DNA of 64,000 nt from assembly GCF_030684315.1 (NCBI RefSeq), contig NC_081397.1, forward strand, positions 9,362,001 through 9,426,000. The letters run 5' to 3'. A model generated the notes under the pieces. That model was not told the origin of the DNA. It saw only the letters and a list, made by a program, of their open reading frames with translations, and searched no databases. Both the position numbers and the translations under genes were made by a program. This document shows, piece after piece, positions 12,751-25,079 of the stretch. Numbering within the stretch: position 1 is the stretch's first letter; each line of letters begins with the position of its first letter. The stretch comes from Stegostoma tigrinum. Lineage: Eukaryota.

Positions 12751-14189
12751 ACCCTCACCACAGCCGAACATGCCTTTCCTGAAAAGACAGAACTCCAGCC
12801 TTATTTTTCACATATGTAAGATTCAGTTTAACGTAAATTAAACCAGAACTTTCACTGTCCCTGCACCCATTTCACATCCCACCCATTGGTTTGTTGTCCA
12901 TTTTATCAGAATCCCTGCATCCTTCTGAAGTTAGCTCCATTTCTTTTCCTTGTTTCCACCATAGCAGTTTTAGCAATCTCAAAACTCATGCTATGATCTG
13001 GGATCCTGTGCACAGTCAGATATTCAAAACAAAAACTGAATTTATCCCTGCACCATCAATACATTTGTCCCTCACATGGCCATTTCAGCTCTCCCATCAT
13101 AATTCTGACAACAACTGGAGTAGAGTTATATATAAATAGGGGAGATTATATCAGGGAAAGCTTTGTCTGAATAAATACTTGAAGCATATCCAGGTTAGGT
13201 CAGTTAAACCATTGTGATTCTGGGAAAGTGCATTGTGTTTTTTACAAATGTTGCATAAATTAACAAGTGATCACTGACCCGATGCACACCTTATTCTCAG
13301 ATGCATCCCATTTTCCCTGCATCTACAGAGAACGAGCAAATTACACACCAGAGTGTCATTTTTCAGCTACTTGTGTGTTCAAGTTCCTTTTTAATACTCC
13401 ATTAGTGCAGGAGATTCAAACCCTGGTGGAATACGAACCCTGAGTTTCACACCCAGCAAACAAGTGTCCCATCCCTTGCCAGCAAGTAAAAGAAAATTGT
13501 TTCCCTCCGAGTTCTGCAAATACATTTTATATGTTTCTGTTTTTTTTATTAATTTTGTAACTCTCTGCAGGGGTCCTGCCTGGTGGTAGAATGCTGGAAA
13601 TGAGGCTTTCTGCTGTCAGTGAGAGGCTTTCAAATTGAACCGAGATACACCAAAACAGCTGCTGGACTTTTCACCACCAGCAAAAACACGATGTGACCAG
13701 GGCAATAACAACATGAAAAACGTGACAGGAAGTAGGGATTAAATTAAAATGGAGTTGGAGGGCTGTTTGAGCTTTATTCATTTTGCAAGCTGCTCTCTGG
13801 GAGAGGGAGGGATTTCTTCTGTAAAAATCCACCTTAAGTCTGGTACGCAACCAAGAGTTTCACTCTGCTTCTGACAGTCTTTGCTCCTGTGAGTAAATAT
13901 GGGGTAAATTATTGAACAACTAGAGTATCAGGTGGAATTGAATTTCATTTATTATTTTATACTGGATGACACTTTATTTCCACATCTTCTGGTACATTGG
14001 GTGACAGTTTAATTGTGTGTCTGACTATCTCCACTTGAGATTACTCTTTTAATTTGGTTAATATGGTGGTCAATCATGTGACACTGCAGAGATTCTTCAG
14101 CAAAATCAAAAAAAAATTGTAATTACACAAGACGAAAACAGAGAGAAAAACAATGCTCCCAACCTATTTCTCAACAGCACTATTTGGTC

Positions 14190-14815
14190 CCTTGAGCCTG
14201 CTCTGCCATTGTCAGATCAGCCCTGATTCTGTACATTCTTCACGGCTGCTTTCCTGTAATTTTCTCATAATTCTTCATCAAGAATCTACATCAGCCTTCA
14301 TTTTAGACTAGGCCCGACTTTGCCTCCCTGTTCTGTGGCAACAAGTTCCACAGGCTCTCAACGCTCCACAGAAGAAATTCCTCCTCATCTGTCTTAAATT
14401 GGTGGTGGCCCTATGTTCTGAGACAATGCACTTTGGTCTGAGATTCTTCCAGCAAGTGAAAAATCCTCTCAACATTTACCCTTTCAAGCCTAATTTAATA
14501 CGTTTCGTCACTTCTCATTCTTCTGAACTCCAGTGAATAGACTCCCACGAAGTTTAGCCTTTGCTCACATGACAGTCCCTCCATACAAGGGAATATCCTG
14601 GAGAACATTCTCTGAACGACCTCCAATAAAATAATATCTTTCATTCCGTAAGGGGGCCAAAATTATTCGCTGCATTCGAGATGTGGTCTCACCAGCCCCT
14701 TGTACAGTTGCAGGAAGACATCCCAACTTTACTTCAAGAGAGTTGGAGATTTGAAGTGACATTGTTCCACAAGCCTTCCTGATTACCTGCTGCAACTGTG
14801 TGCCCACATTTCTAA
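14190..14815 (-). mobile_element. Old CR1-type LINE 3' fragment
   Basis: Reverse complement of CR1 ORF2 C-terminus (QQVIRKA; RRNFF-like) and 3' UTR. Confidence 0.7.
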
Positions 14816-15122
14816 ACACAGGTTTAAATCCAGAGAAATTACATCAAATATTAAATCTCTAAATTATATCTGAAATGGTTTGGCCCAAACACATCCTGTG
14901 AACTATGGAATTTTCTTTCATGAATTCTCCGAAATTTGAGAGTATAAACATTTTCCGCTTCTAATACCTTCACAGCTCAAACCAAACCCTCCTCAGAAGT
15001 TCTACTCAGGTAACTTTTTGTTCTTTTGTTCCTAGTGACTTATTCTGAGCTCTATATAGTAGACAGGCTAAACTTGATTCTGATCTTAGTCCTATCTCCA
15101 AACTAAACAAAATACCTTCTAA

Positions 15123-15307
15123 GACAACAAAATGTGAGGCTGGATGAACACAGCAGGCCAAGCAGCATCCCAGGAGCACAAAAGCTGACGTTTCGGGCCC
15201 GAAACGTCAGCTTTTGTGCTCCTGGGATGCTGTTTGGCCTGCTGTGTTCATCCAGCCTCACATTTTGTTGTCTTGCATTCTCCAGCATCTGCAGTTCCCA
15301 TTATCCC
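15123..15307 (+). mobile_element. Foldback (palindromic) mini-element derived from the Penelope terminal repeat, 15-bp TSD
   Basis: Palindrome 15121-15274 centred on GGG|CCC (77-bp arms, one mismatch), followed by a tail. CAAAATACCTTCTAA at 15108-15122 and 15308-15322. Confidence 0.9.
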
Positions 15308-15659
15308 CAAAATACCTTCTAACCTTGGGTTTATAAAGAAAAATCAATCCTTGATTACTCTGAACTGAAAACAAGATGATGTCCTTTGATGTTTGCTCAT
15401 CCATTGCAAATCAACAAGAGTCTAAACAATTTCCCATTCACTCCACATGGGGCTCCACAGCCACTTGCATTCTGAGCAGTGCTGGAGGAAGGTCACTGTT
15501 TCACAAAGATTCACACTTTTTCTTTCAAAGAAAACTTTCAGAAAATGAACCAAATTCAGTGTCACTATTATAAAAGCCAACTTCCAAACTGGAATTTATA
15601 TAAATTATACATCCTTCATCACAGCAGTTACTCAGGATCTCACTGACATTTCAGCAGTT

Positions 15660-15913
15660 TTCATAACTCAATGAACCCCTTCCCTGACACAGAGAAAGTG
15701 AACAGCCTCTCCCCAGTGTGAACTGTCCAAAAGGTGGCAGATTCAGTGAATCCCCTCACTCAGCTTCTCCACAGGCAGTCTGCTGATGTACAGTCGTTTA
15801 TGTGAATTGACTCAACACTGTCCTACAGTAGGAACAGGTAAACACTCTCTCATCAGTGTGAATTCACCAATGTGTCATCAAGCTACATGTGTCAGGGAAT
15901 CCCCCCCCCCACA
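15660..15913 (-). pseudogene. Decayed continuation of the zinc-finger array beyond the stop codon
   Basis: Minus strand S*CG...HW*IHTDERVFTCSYC and a further CACACTGGGGAGAGG linker, with stops and a frameshift at the C10 run 15901-15910. Confidence 0.75.
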
Positions 15914-16384
15914 CTAGGAGCTGGTGAATAGCCTCTCCCCAGTATGAATTCGTTGATGAGTCTGGAGGCTGGAAGCCAAAGTGAATCCCTTGCCGCACGT
16001 ACAGCAGATGAACGGCCTCTCCCCAGTGTGAACTCGCTGGTGTATCAGCAGGTTGGAGGAATTAGTGAATCCCTGCCCACACTCAGAGCAGGAGAATGGT
16101 CTCTCCCCAGTGTGAACTCGCTGGTGTCTCTGCAGGTGGGATTTCTGACTGAATCCCTTGCCACATTCAGAGCAGGAGAATGGTTTCTCCCCAGTGTGAC
16201 TGCGCCGATGAATTTCCAGTTCAGTCGAGGATCTGAATCCATTCCCACAGTCCCCACATTTCCACAGTTTCTCCTTGTGACTCCGTTTATGTTTCGAGAG
16301 GTCAGATGATCGGCTGAATGCTCGTGCACACACGTCACACATGTACAGTTTCTCACCGCTGTCAACAGTGTATTCTCCTTCCAT
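15914..16384 (-). CDS. C2H2 zinc-finger protein, 5 intact fingers, no KRAB/BTB/SCAN domain seen, 156 aa
   Basis: Five CxxC-x12-HxxxH fingers, mostly with TGE(K/R)PF linkers. ATG in AACATGG context at 16384. Splice acceptor TTCCACAG upstream, so the exon begins at 16483. Confidence 0.85.
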   Translation of the reverse strand: MEGEYTVDSGEKLYMCDVCARAFSRSSDLSKHKRSHKEKLWKCGDCGNGFRSSTELEIHRRSHTGEKPFSCSECGKGFSQKSHLQRHQRVHTGERPFSCSECGQGFTNSSNLLIHQRVHTGERPFICCTCGKGFTLASSLQTHQRIHTGERLFTSS

Positions 16385-16776
16385 GTTCAAAACCCAACGA
16401 GATTCAGGTTACACCAAATTGGGACACTCTGAAATCCTGATCGGTTGCAGTTTCCCGACTGTAAATTCTCTCCTTCTAATATCCTGTGGAATTGATTTAG
16501 AACAGAATTAATGGAAGTGAGAGTCTCCCCATAAAAATACAAAGTCATGCATCTGTCCCAGTATCGCATTTGGCTCCATGTCAAATGTATGAACACAACG
16601 GCTAACATTTGAACTATCGGGCCCTCCCGCCTGTTCCATCATTCAATACGACGATGACCGATAAGATCATGTTTTGAATTTCTAGTTACACCCAATAACT
16701 TTTGATACCCTCGCTGAACAAGTATCTACAAGTATCTACCCACCTCTGCCTTAAAAATGTTCAATGATCCAGTCTC

Positions 16777-16912
16777 AGAGATACTGGGAACTGCAGATGC
16801 TGGACAATCCGAGATAACCAAGTGTGGAGCTGGATGAAGGGTCAAGGCCCGAAACATCAGCTTTTGTGCTCCTAAGATGCTGCTTGGCCTGCTGTGTTCA
16901 TCCAGCTCCACA
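16777..16912. mobile_element. Inverted Penelope-terminal mini-element, 15-bp TSD
   Basis: CAATGATCCAGTCTC at 16762-16776 and 16913-16927. Left half is the reverse-complement tail; right half is the hammerhead-to-CCAGCTCCACA segment. Confidence 0.88.
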
Positions 16913-17167
16913 CAATGATCCAGTCTCGACTGTCTTTTGAGGCAGAGGGTTCCAAAGTCACACTAATCTTGTATAAAGAACTCCTCTCATGATAAAGCCA
17001 TCTTCCCCCATTCTGGACTTAGCCTGAGGAGAAAATATGTCCACATTCACCTTGTCAAAACCCATTCAGGTTATTAAACATGAGGCAAGTCACACCTCAC
17101 TCTTCTGAACAAGTGAGCATTCCCCAGGCTGTCCAAAATATCCTCAGAAGACAACCCACTCTTCAGG

Positions 17168-17355
17168 GATAACAAGGTGTAGAGCTCAATGGACACAGCA
17201 TGCTAAGCAGCATCAGAGGAGCAGGAAGGCTGACATTTCAGTCCTCGACCCTTCATCAGCCTTCCAGCTCCTCTCATGCTGCTTGGCCTGCTGTGTTCAT
17301 CCAGCTCTGCACCTTGTTATCTCAGATTCTCCAGCATCTGCAGTTCCTACTATCT
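17168..17355. mobile_element. Inverted Penelope-terminal mini-element (older)
   Basis: Inverted arms of the same terminal repeat, with a minus-strand hammerhead-like core at 17231-17259. Imperfect flanking repeat CCACTC(A)TTCAGG. Confidence 0.8.
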
Positions 17356-19229
17356 CCACTCATTCAGGTATCAGTCTATTGAATCTCCACCGCATTTACA
17401 TCCTTCCTTCAATAATGAGACCAGAACGGCACACAGTCATGGAGGTGCGGTTTCACTTATTCCCTGTACAACTGAATTATCAAATCCTTACTTTGCTATT
17501 CGATTCCACTCATGATAAACAAGAACATTCCATGAGCCTTCATCTTCACTTGTTAATTATATCCCAATCTTTTGTGTATTTTACACCAGATCCCCCTGAT
17601 ATCTAAACCCCAAAAGATTCTGCACCTGTCTTCTTTTCTCATTTTTCCCCTCAAGCAAACAATTTCACATTTTGTTATATCATAGATCACCTGAAATATT
17701 CATTCAAAAAGGCTGCAAACTGATGTCGGGAAATTAAGTCTTCACAGCCACCTTTCCTGATAGCTTTGTAGCAACACAAAGTGTACCTACCATGACTTCA
17801 TTTCCCTCGTCCAAGTCATTGATATAAACTGCAAAAGGTTTAGGTTCAGCAGAGCCCTGTGGCTCCCCACTCATCACATTCTGACAATCTGAAACACACC
17901 CATTTACGGATATTCTCGGTTTTCTATCATCCAGCCAATCCAGTATCCAGGCCGGTATGCACCACTAAACCAGTAGCTCCCACTCAAAACAGTCACCTTT
18001 TCCATGGTACCTTGTGAAATGCCTTCAGGAAAGCCAAGAACAAGAGATCATCAGGCTCCCTTTATCCACAGCACAAGTCACTCCTCAAAGAATTCCACTA
18101 AATTGGAGAAACACAAAGAAGTAATTGTTCCCTTAGATGAAGGGTGAATAACACTGGGCATCATTTTGCAGTGAAAGGCAAGAATTTTACAGGGGAATGG
18201 AGGAAAACATTTTTCACCTAAAGGGTGGTGCAAGTCTGGAATGCACTACCTGGGACGGCCGTTGATGCGGCAAGCCTCACAACTCAACCTCCACTGCTCC
18301 AGGGAAGAAAAGCCCCATCCTTTCCAGCCCCATCCCACAGCCCAAACACTCCAATACCGGCAATATCCCTGTGAATCATCTCTGAACGCTTTCAGGATTC
18401 ACAACTTCTTTCCCATAGCAGGGAGACCTGAACAGAATACAGTATTCTAACTATGTCCTGTACAGTCGCAATATGACATCCCAACTCCAATAACTCAATG
18501 CAGTGACAAATGAAGGCGAGCGTACCAAATGCCTTCTTCACCACCCTGTCTACCTGCAACTCCGCCTTCAAGGGACTTTGCACCTGCAACCCTAATCCCC
18601 TTGTCCAGCTACACTCCCATGGGCCCTACCATTAACTGTCTAAATCCTGCCCTGATTTTCCTTATTGAAATGCAACACCGCTCATTTGTCTGAACTCCAT
18701 CTGCCACTCCTCAGCCCACTGATCAAGATCCCAAACTACTCAGAGAAGATCACCTTCCTCACTGTCCATACACCACCAATGTTGGTGTCATCTACAAACC
18801 TATGAGCTATACCATCACATGCAAATCATTTGGATAATTACTAAACGCAGTGGACCCAGGACTGATTCTTATGGCACACCACCTGGTCACAGGCTTCCAG
18901 TTCAAAAGACAACCCTCCACCACCACACTGTTTCATACCCTGAATCCATATTTGATTCCAACTGGCTAGTGCTTCCTGTATTCCATGTGATCTAACCTTG
19001 CTAACCAATCTACCATGCGGAACCTTGTCAAGTGTTTTGCTGAAGTCCATATACACAATGTCTACTGCCCGACCTTCAATCTTCTTTGCCACATTTTCAA
19101 AAAAAATAACACAACTGACAGACTGGGACACGATTTCCAATGCACAAAGCCATGCTGGCTCTCCCTAATCAGTCTTTATCTTTCTAAGCACATTTAAATC
19201 CTTTTGTTCACTTATTTCTTCAGTTTTTT

Positions 19230-19545
19230 TTTCAAATTCATGCAGAGGTGGTGGGCGGCACTGGCTAGGCCAGCATTCACTGTCATCCATAAACTGCCCA
19301 GAAGGCAGTTAACAGTCAACATTGCTGTGGGTCTGGACACGTAAACCAGACCAGTTCAGGATGGCAGCTTTCTTCTCCAGTGGACCTTAGCGAACCAGAT
19401 GGTTTTGTTCCGAAAAATCAGCAATGGATTCTTGACCATTGTTCAACTTAAAGCCAGAGTTTTATTCAATTCAATTTCTACCACCGGCCATGGCAGGATC
19501 TGAACCCAGGTCCCCAGATTAATAGTCTGGTGATAATACCGCCAA
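19230..19545 (-). mobile_element. tRNA-headed SINE, same family as 5332-5681
   Basis: Shared blocks GCCCAGAAGGCAGTTAA, GGATGGCAG and GGATCTGAACCCAGG. Confidence 0.75.
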
Positions 19546-21299
19546 ATAATTGATTCTCATTCCCTCCATGACAGATCACCCTAACTGGCCTGTATTTTCC
19601 TGTTGTCTGCCTTCCTCAGCTCTTCAATACAGAGGTTGTGTCTGTTGTTTTGCAGTGAGACAGAAACTTTCCAGAATCTGATGCATTTTGGAAAGTTAAC
19701 ACCCATGTTTCTGAAACAACTGCAGAATATTTGTTCGCCAAGCCATTTCTTTTGTTATACACTGTCTGGAGTGTTAAGCGACCCAATCTTCTGTAGTGTC
19801 CAGCTCCCTTTGACAAATTCACGCTGGAAGTTGTAGGGCCCAGCTGGCTTTGAAAGGACTCGGGGTAAACTCAGCCACTTCTCATTCATCACCACTCCAG
19901 CTCAATGTGATACAAAGACTTACAAAAGCTAACTGGAAAAAGCCCCTGAAGACGAAAGAAAAGGGCAAATAATAGGAATCACTGATTTGCTTTTGGAGAA
20001 AGGCCAGCACAGGCATAATGGACAGAGTAGCCTCCTTCTCCACTGTAATCAGTGATTCTGTGTGACTCAAATAATAGGAACCCATAGGCCACAATATGAC
20101 CACCACCCACCCTGTTAGAAATGGCCTTTTAATTCATCAGTGTGTGTTTCTTGACTTGGTTCTGGGAGGAAGGCCGAGATGGAGTTGAGAAATGTATCAG
20201 CCATGACTGACTGCAGACTCTGGTTCTGCTCCTCTGTCTTATGGACTTATCATCAAAAGAGCAGCAAAATACCGTAGCTGCTGCTGCAAGTCTGAAATAA
20301 ACAGAAAATGCTGAAAAATCACAACAGGTCAGGCAGTATCTGAGGACAGAGAATCGGTAAATGTTAAGGGTGTGCAAGTTACAAAAAAGATAGAGTGCTT
20401 TTCTGAGATTAGAGAATTATACAGAAAATGGGTCTCTAAACAGCTGCAGATTTCAGGCAGTACCAAAAATGGAAGCATGTACTGATTGGTTGCATAATTG
20501 AAATCCGTAGGCTTGTTGTGATGTTTTGGCAATGAGCTGGAAACAGCCAATTCATAACCCGAGCAGCCAATGCAATTGTAAAAAAATGGACGGGTCATCA
20601 AGGGTATATATGAAGAGGACAATTGGAAAATCGGCAGAGAGCCAACTGCCATCTGACAAATAAGCACCCAGCTGACACAAGAAATCACGAAGCTGTCAGT
20701 GAAAGCGCCATCAGATCCACAAAAGGTATCACCACGGCACTTCCAGCAAAGAGTCTTCACTGAGAAAACATCCTTGACAGCAGAATGAGCGGTATAAAAG
20801 TGTATATGGCATGAGATGAACAGAAGGAAGAGCGTTCCAGAGACAGATTCTATGCGAACTTGGAGAGATTATGTTTTAATTTATTATTCTTATTCATTGG
20901 GCTTATACTGCATGGGACTTGTGTTTCTTTGGACAGCATGCCAAGAGAATTCAGTTCAGTTAGGGAATAGATCGTGCCTGGTGTATGGGGTGGGGTGGGG
21001 GCAAAAGTTGTTCTGTTTGTCAGTAATTCTGACAATTTGGTTATTGTTAGGGCTAAATAAATAAATTGTTACTTTTACTTGTGACTTCTCCAGTGGAGAT
21101 CAGGGATTTCTTTTCTTTGAACCAGAGACTGCTGGACATGCATATGGTCACAGAAAATTGGGGGTGCATACATGAGGATCAATGGTCGGCACAACATCAT
21201 GGGCTGAAGGGCCTGTTCTGTGCTGTACTGTTCTATGTTCAATGTTCTATTCTTTTAACAGATTACAAAGCAAGCTTCTCTGGGTGTTAAGGACACCAT

Positions 21300-23125
21300 T
21301 AGAAATGAACCTCTACTCCCACAACATCAGATTGGGGCTTGAGTTTTGGGTTAATTAACTGAACGTTCGACCCTCCACTGCTTCATAACACCCTACTCCT
21401 GAAATCTATGCAATGATCCATAAAGGGAAGCATCCCTTATATGCTCTTAACTGCATGAATTGATTTGTCCTGCTATATTTTTCAGGAGTATGTGGATGAG
21501 CACACAAGATCCTTTTGCTCATTTGAGCTTCCTAACGTTTTGCCATTCATTGAGTACACCCTTGTCTTGTTCCTTCTGCCAAAGTGCATCACCTCCCATT
21601 TATCAGGGTTAAACTGCAACTGCCACTAATCTGCCTTCTGACCAATCTGTTCATATGTTCCAGTCACGCAACACCTGTCTCCTCACTGTCAAACACCCGA
21701 CTAATTTTAGTGTCATTCACAAACTTAGTCATCATCTCTCTCAAGTCTTATCTACTTCACGTACAAATATCACGAAAACACATTGATCCCTGTGGTATGT
21801 CACAGCACACTGCATTCCAGTCACACAAACTGCCTTCTACCATCGCCCTCTGTTTCCCAGTACTGAGCCAATTTTGGGTCCAGCTTGGCAAGTTACCAGG
21901 CATCCCATCAAGGATTGATTTCAAAGCGACCGTATGCATCATCCCAGATATAACTGGCACTCACCAAAAACCTCAAAATTGTAAAAGAATGGTCAAAGTT
22001 ACTCACTCAATAATTTCACCGTCTGCAATTTGGAAATCTCCCGCTGGAGCCGGCACCTGTAAAGATATCAGAAACACCAGAATCAGAAAAATCCCACATT
22101 TGAGGAAATTCCCCACAGAGTGGGCGATGGCTTTATCAGAACGGTTTGAGGGATCGGGGATTTTAGTTGCAAGATTGCATTCAAAAAACTCATTGCCCCA
22201 AAGTGAATAAAAGGACACAGCGGGGTGATAACAGTATAAAAGTTACAACAGTCGTCGAGGTCCACACACAAAGAAAAAGGCCCTTCAGCCCATTCAGGCT
22301 GTGCCAGTCAGAAACAATGACCTCACCGCTCACCACTTGTCCAGTACAAGACAATCTTGAATCTAACAGAGTTATGATCAATGTCTACAACTGATTCCCT
22401 CACTGATATTTCAACTACTTGCTCAGCTTCAATTACCTAAAACTAAGTCCAGTACCATTCCCTCTCATGTGGGATCTTCTCAATACTGGCTTCAAAAGCT
22501 GCCATGGATGCATGTTAAGAATTCCACTTCCTCTAAACATTTCACACTATGACTACCCCAGTTGATGTTTGGAATAGTTCTTGCACCAGTTACTTCATGC
22601 GTCATCAATACAGTCAGAGAAACTAACATCAGGGGAAGGCCATTCAGCCCTTTCCTACAGCTTCAACATTTGAATGATCATGGCCAAACATGCAACTTAG
22701 TACCCTGTTCCTTCTTTCTCTTTGAACACTTCAGTCCTATGTTTTGGCCTCAACTGTTTGCTGTGGGAGAGAATTCCACAAGCTCACCACTCCCTGGGTG
22801 AAGACATTTATGTTCATCTTAGTCTTTGGTCCTACACTGCATCCTTCAACCTCGAACCTTGGTTCTGGACCCCCCCCAGTCATTGGGAACATCTTTTCTG
22901 CATATATCTTATAGGACTCTAAATTTTATACATTTCTATCGGATGCTCCCTCAGTCTCACAATGACCCTGTGTAATTCCAGCACAACAGTCTTGCTTCTG
23001 TATTCAAATAATCTCACTGTGAGGGCTAACATACAATCTGCAATCTTCACCGCCTGCTGTGCATACATGCTTACCTTCACAAGCTGGTGTCCCTTCTCAA
23101 ATCCATAACCATTCAGATAATAAAC
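21300..23125 (-). mobile_element. Scattered degenerate CR1 fragments (21300-21910, 22370-22600, 22620-23125)
   Basis: Minus strand WTQNWLSTGKQRAMV...DIPQGS and AQQAVKIADCMLA. Confidence 0.7.
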
Positions 23126-23231
23126 TGGTATAACAAGGTGTAGAGCTGGATGAACACAGCAGGCCAAGCAGCATCAGAGTTATCCTCATTGTAAGCAATT
23201 GGTGGTAAACTCCTTCCAGTCAGGAACAATG

Positions 23232-23580
23232 TTGCCCCCTAAAAACATGGCGGCACCGCGAGCGCATTCCCCCAACAAACATTGCCGCCGCACCTGCGCC
23301 CCACCGCCCGTCATTATCAAACGAAATGGCGGCCATCAATTCAACTTTAAACTCCGGCATTGGCGACAAACGGAAGCATCAGAAGGTCGTGCTGGGGTTT
23401 ACAGCTTCCCGAACATCTTTACGAAGCTTTTCCGTCCATATGCTGAATGCAGCGGCCCCGTCGTTCTGTCCGTTTGTTAGCGGTCCAAGAGCCGCCTGAA
23501 CCAACGCTCCTCCATCGCTATCACCCTGCACAAAGTCGTCACACATGGCACTGCGCCGGCGCACATTTTCCTGTCCTGTG
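23232..23580 (+). promoter_or_regulatory. CpG-rich YY1/ETS promoter-like module, copy A
   Basis: AACATGGCGGC at 23244 and GAAATGGCGGC at 23323 (YY1-type), CGGAAG at 23371, high CpG in a CpG-poor background. Inverted homolog of copy B. Confidence 0.6.
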
Positions 23581-25079
23581 ACTAGGGAACATTTAATGCT
23601 CTTTGGCATTCTGGGTAGCTGTGCCGCCATTGACTATTGTACGCACAGGATGTTACTTGGCTGGTTCTGTTAACTCAGTTAACTGTATGATTTCCAGTTC
23701 TAATGTTTCTTTGAGGGAAATGGCATATGTGCCATTCTGATTTGTTTTCTCATATAACAAACGCATAAACATTCAGTGCATTCCAAGTGAGGCCTGAATA
23801 GTTCCTTGTATAATTGCACAGAATTCGTTGCAAGCCTCAAACTCTCACTTGTTTGATTTTCTGTGAACAGATAGGAACTGCAGTAATGGAGAGAAGCAGA
23901 AGAGTTGGGAGTCGGAAGAAATCTGGGAATTGTGGAAGGAAACAGTAGATATGGATTTCACCCCAAAGAGGAATGGACGTGCGTGTGGCCAGCATTTACA
24001 ACTTTGGGACAGCAGGAGGGGCAAAATAAGAGAGAAAAAAATTGTGTTCTGAATTTCTACCCTGTACTGAGAGTGATGTCATTTGCAAACTCCTTTTATT
24101 TGAAAGTGAAAGTTTATAGACGTTTATCTCAAATCATTACATTAAGATATGACAAAGTCACTTAAATTCATCATGACCGACATAGCTTTGAGATAAATGG
24201 AGAACAGTTTAACCAGTTAAACAGCGAGGACAAAAAAAGTCCCACATTCATCAGCTTTTTGTTTCAGAGTTCCAGCATCTGCAGTTCTTTATTTTATTTA
24301 AGTGTTTTGTTTTCCCTCGGCTCCATTCTATATTGCATAACAACAAGACTGACTCAATAAAAAGGCAAAGTCGCCATAGTCCAACTGGAGTTTCAGGCTG
24401 CTCACTTAAATAAGGGGGTCGCCGCGAATCTGGCAATGGGGACGTTGCAAAGCAATGGTAAACTCAGATTTTTCAAGAATTAAGCCGACGATGCTGAGAT
24501 CAGTCATCCAGCAAGCTGAGCTAATCGATCCTCCCGTCGAGACGACAGTCGGGCCAACAGTCAATTGTGCCTCAAGTACCCGGGATATTTGGCGGTGGGG
24601 ACCATCTCTTCAGAGATAAAAGATCAAAGGGTCAAACCACTGATGAGGCCGTGTTAAACAAGATGCTGTAAAATCTTTCATCAGTAAGAAGGTTTTAAAT
24701 TGATTGATATGTACGTGTAAATCCCCGAATTCCTGTCGTTGTTGCCCTGAGAGAACTAAAGGTTTTTTTGGGGGTAACATTTTTGGTCGGACAGTGCACA
24801 TCAGTAGTGAGACCTTGTTCAGAATCTGTTTCTGTTTTACTTTGGAGTCAAACTGGTTTTTATTTCTCAAGCAGGAATTTACAAAACACCATTTTGACTG
24901 ACTATCAATAGATTATTTGCTTTTTGAACAAAACTGAATGTCCCTGCAAATACAAATTCACCCCATAGATTCACGTGAGTGTGACAGAGAGAGAGAATGT
25001 TGGTCTATCACCTGATGTTGTGCGCTTTCAGACATTGTCCACCCCGGTCCAACACCACCACCTCCTCACCATCTGCTTG

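Larger units (their letters stand above)
16610..19200 (-). mobile_element. Mosaic of degenerate CR1 fragments, mostly minus strand, hosting two Penelope mini-elements
   Basis: Minus-strand ORFs VDRVVKKAFGTLAFI (18392-18589) and AVDIVYMDFSKTLDKVPHGRL (18841-19140). Confidence 0.8.

Noticed and set aside
15103-15322. Short secreted-peptide-like ORFs (MLLGLLCSSS...), also at 17276, 43499 and elsewhere
   Set aside because: These are translations of the multicopy Penelope terminal repeat and are not genes.
21584-22210. 208-aa plus-strand ORF
   Set aside because: The first half is antisense CR1, it starts at a GTG, and it has no recognisable domain.
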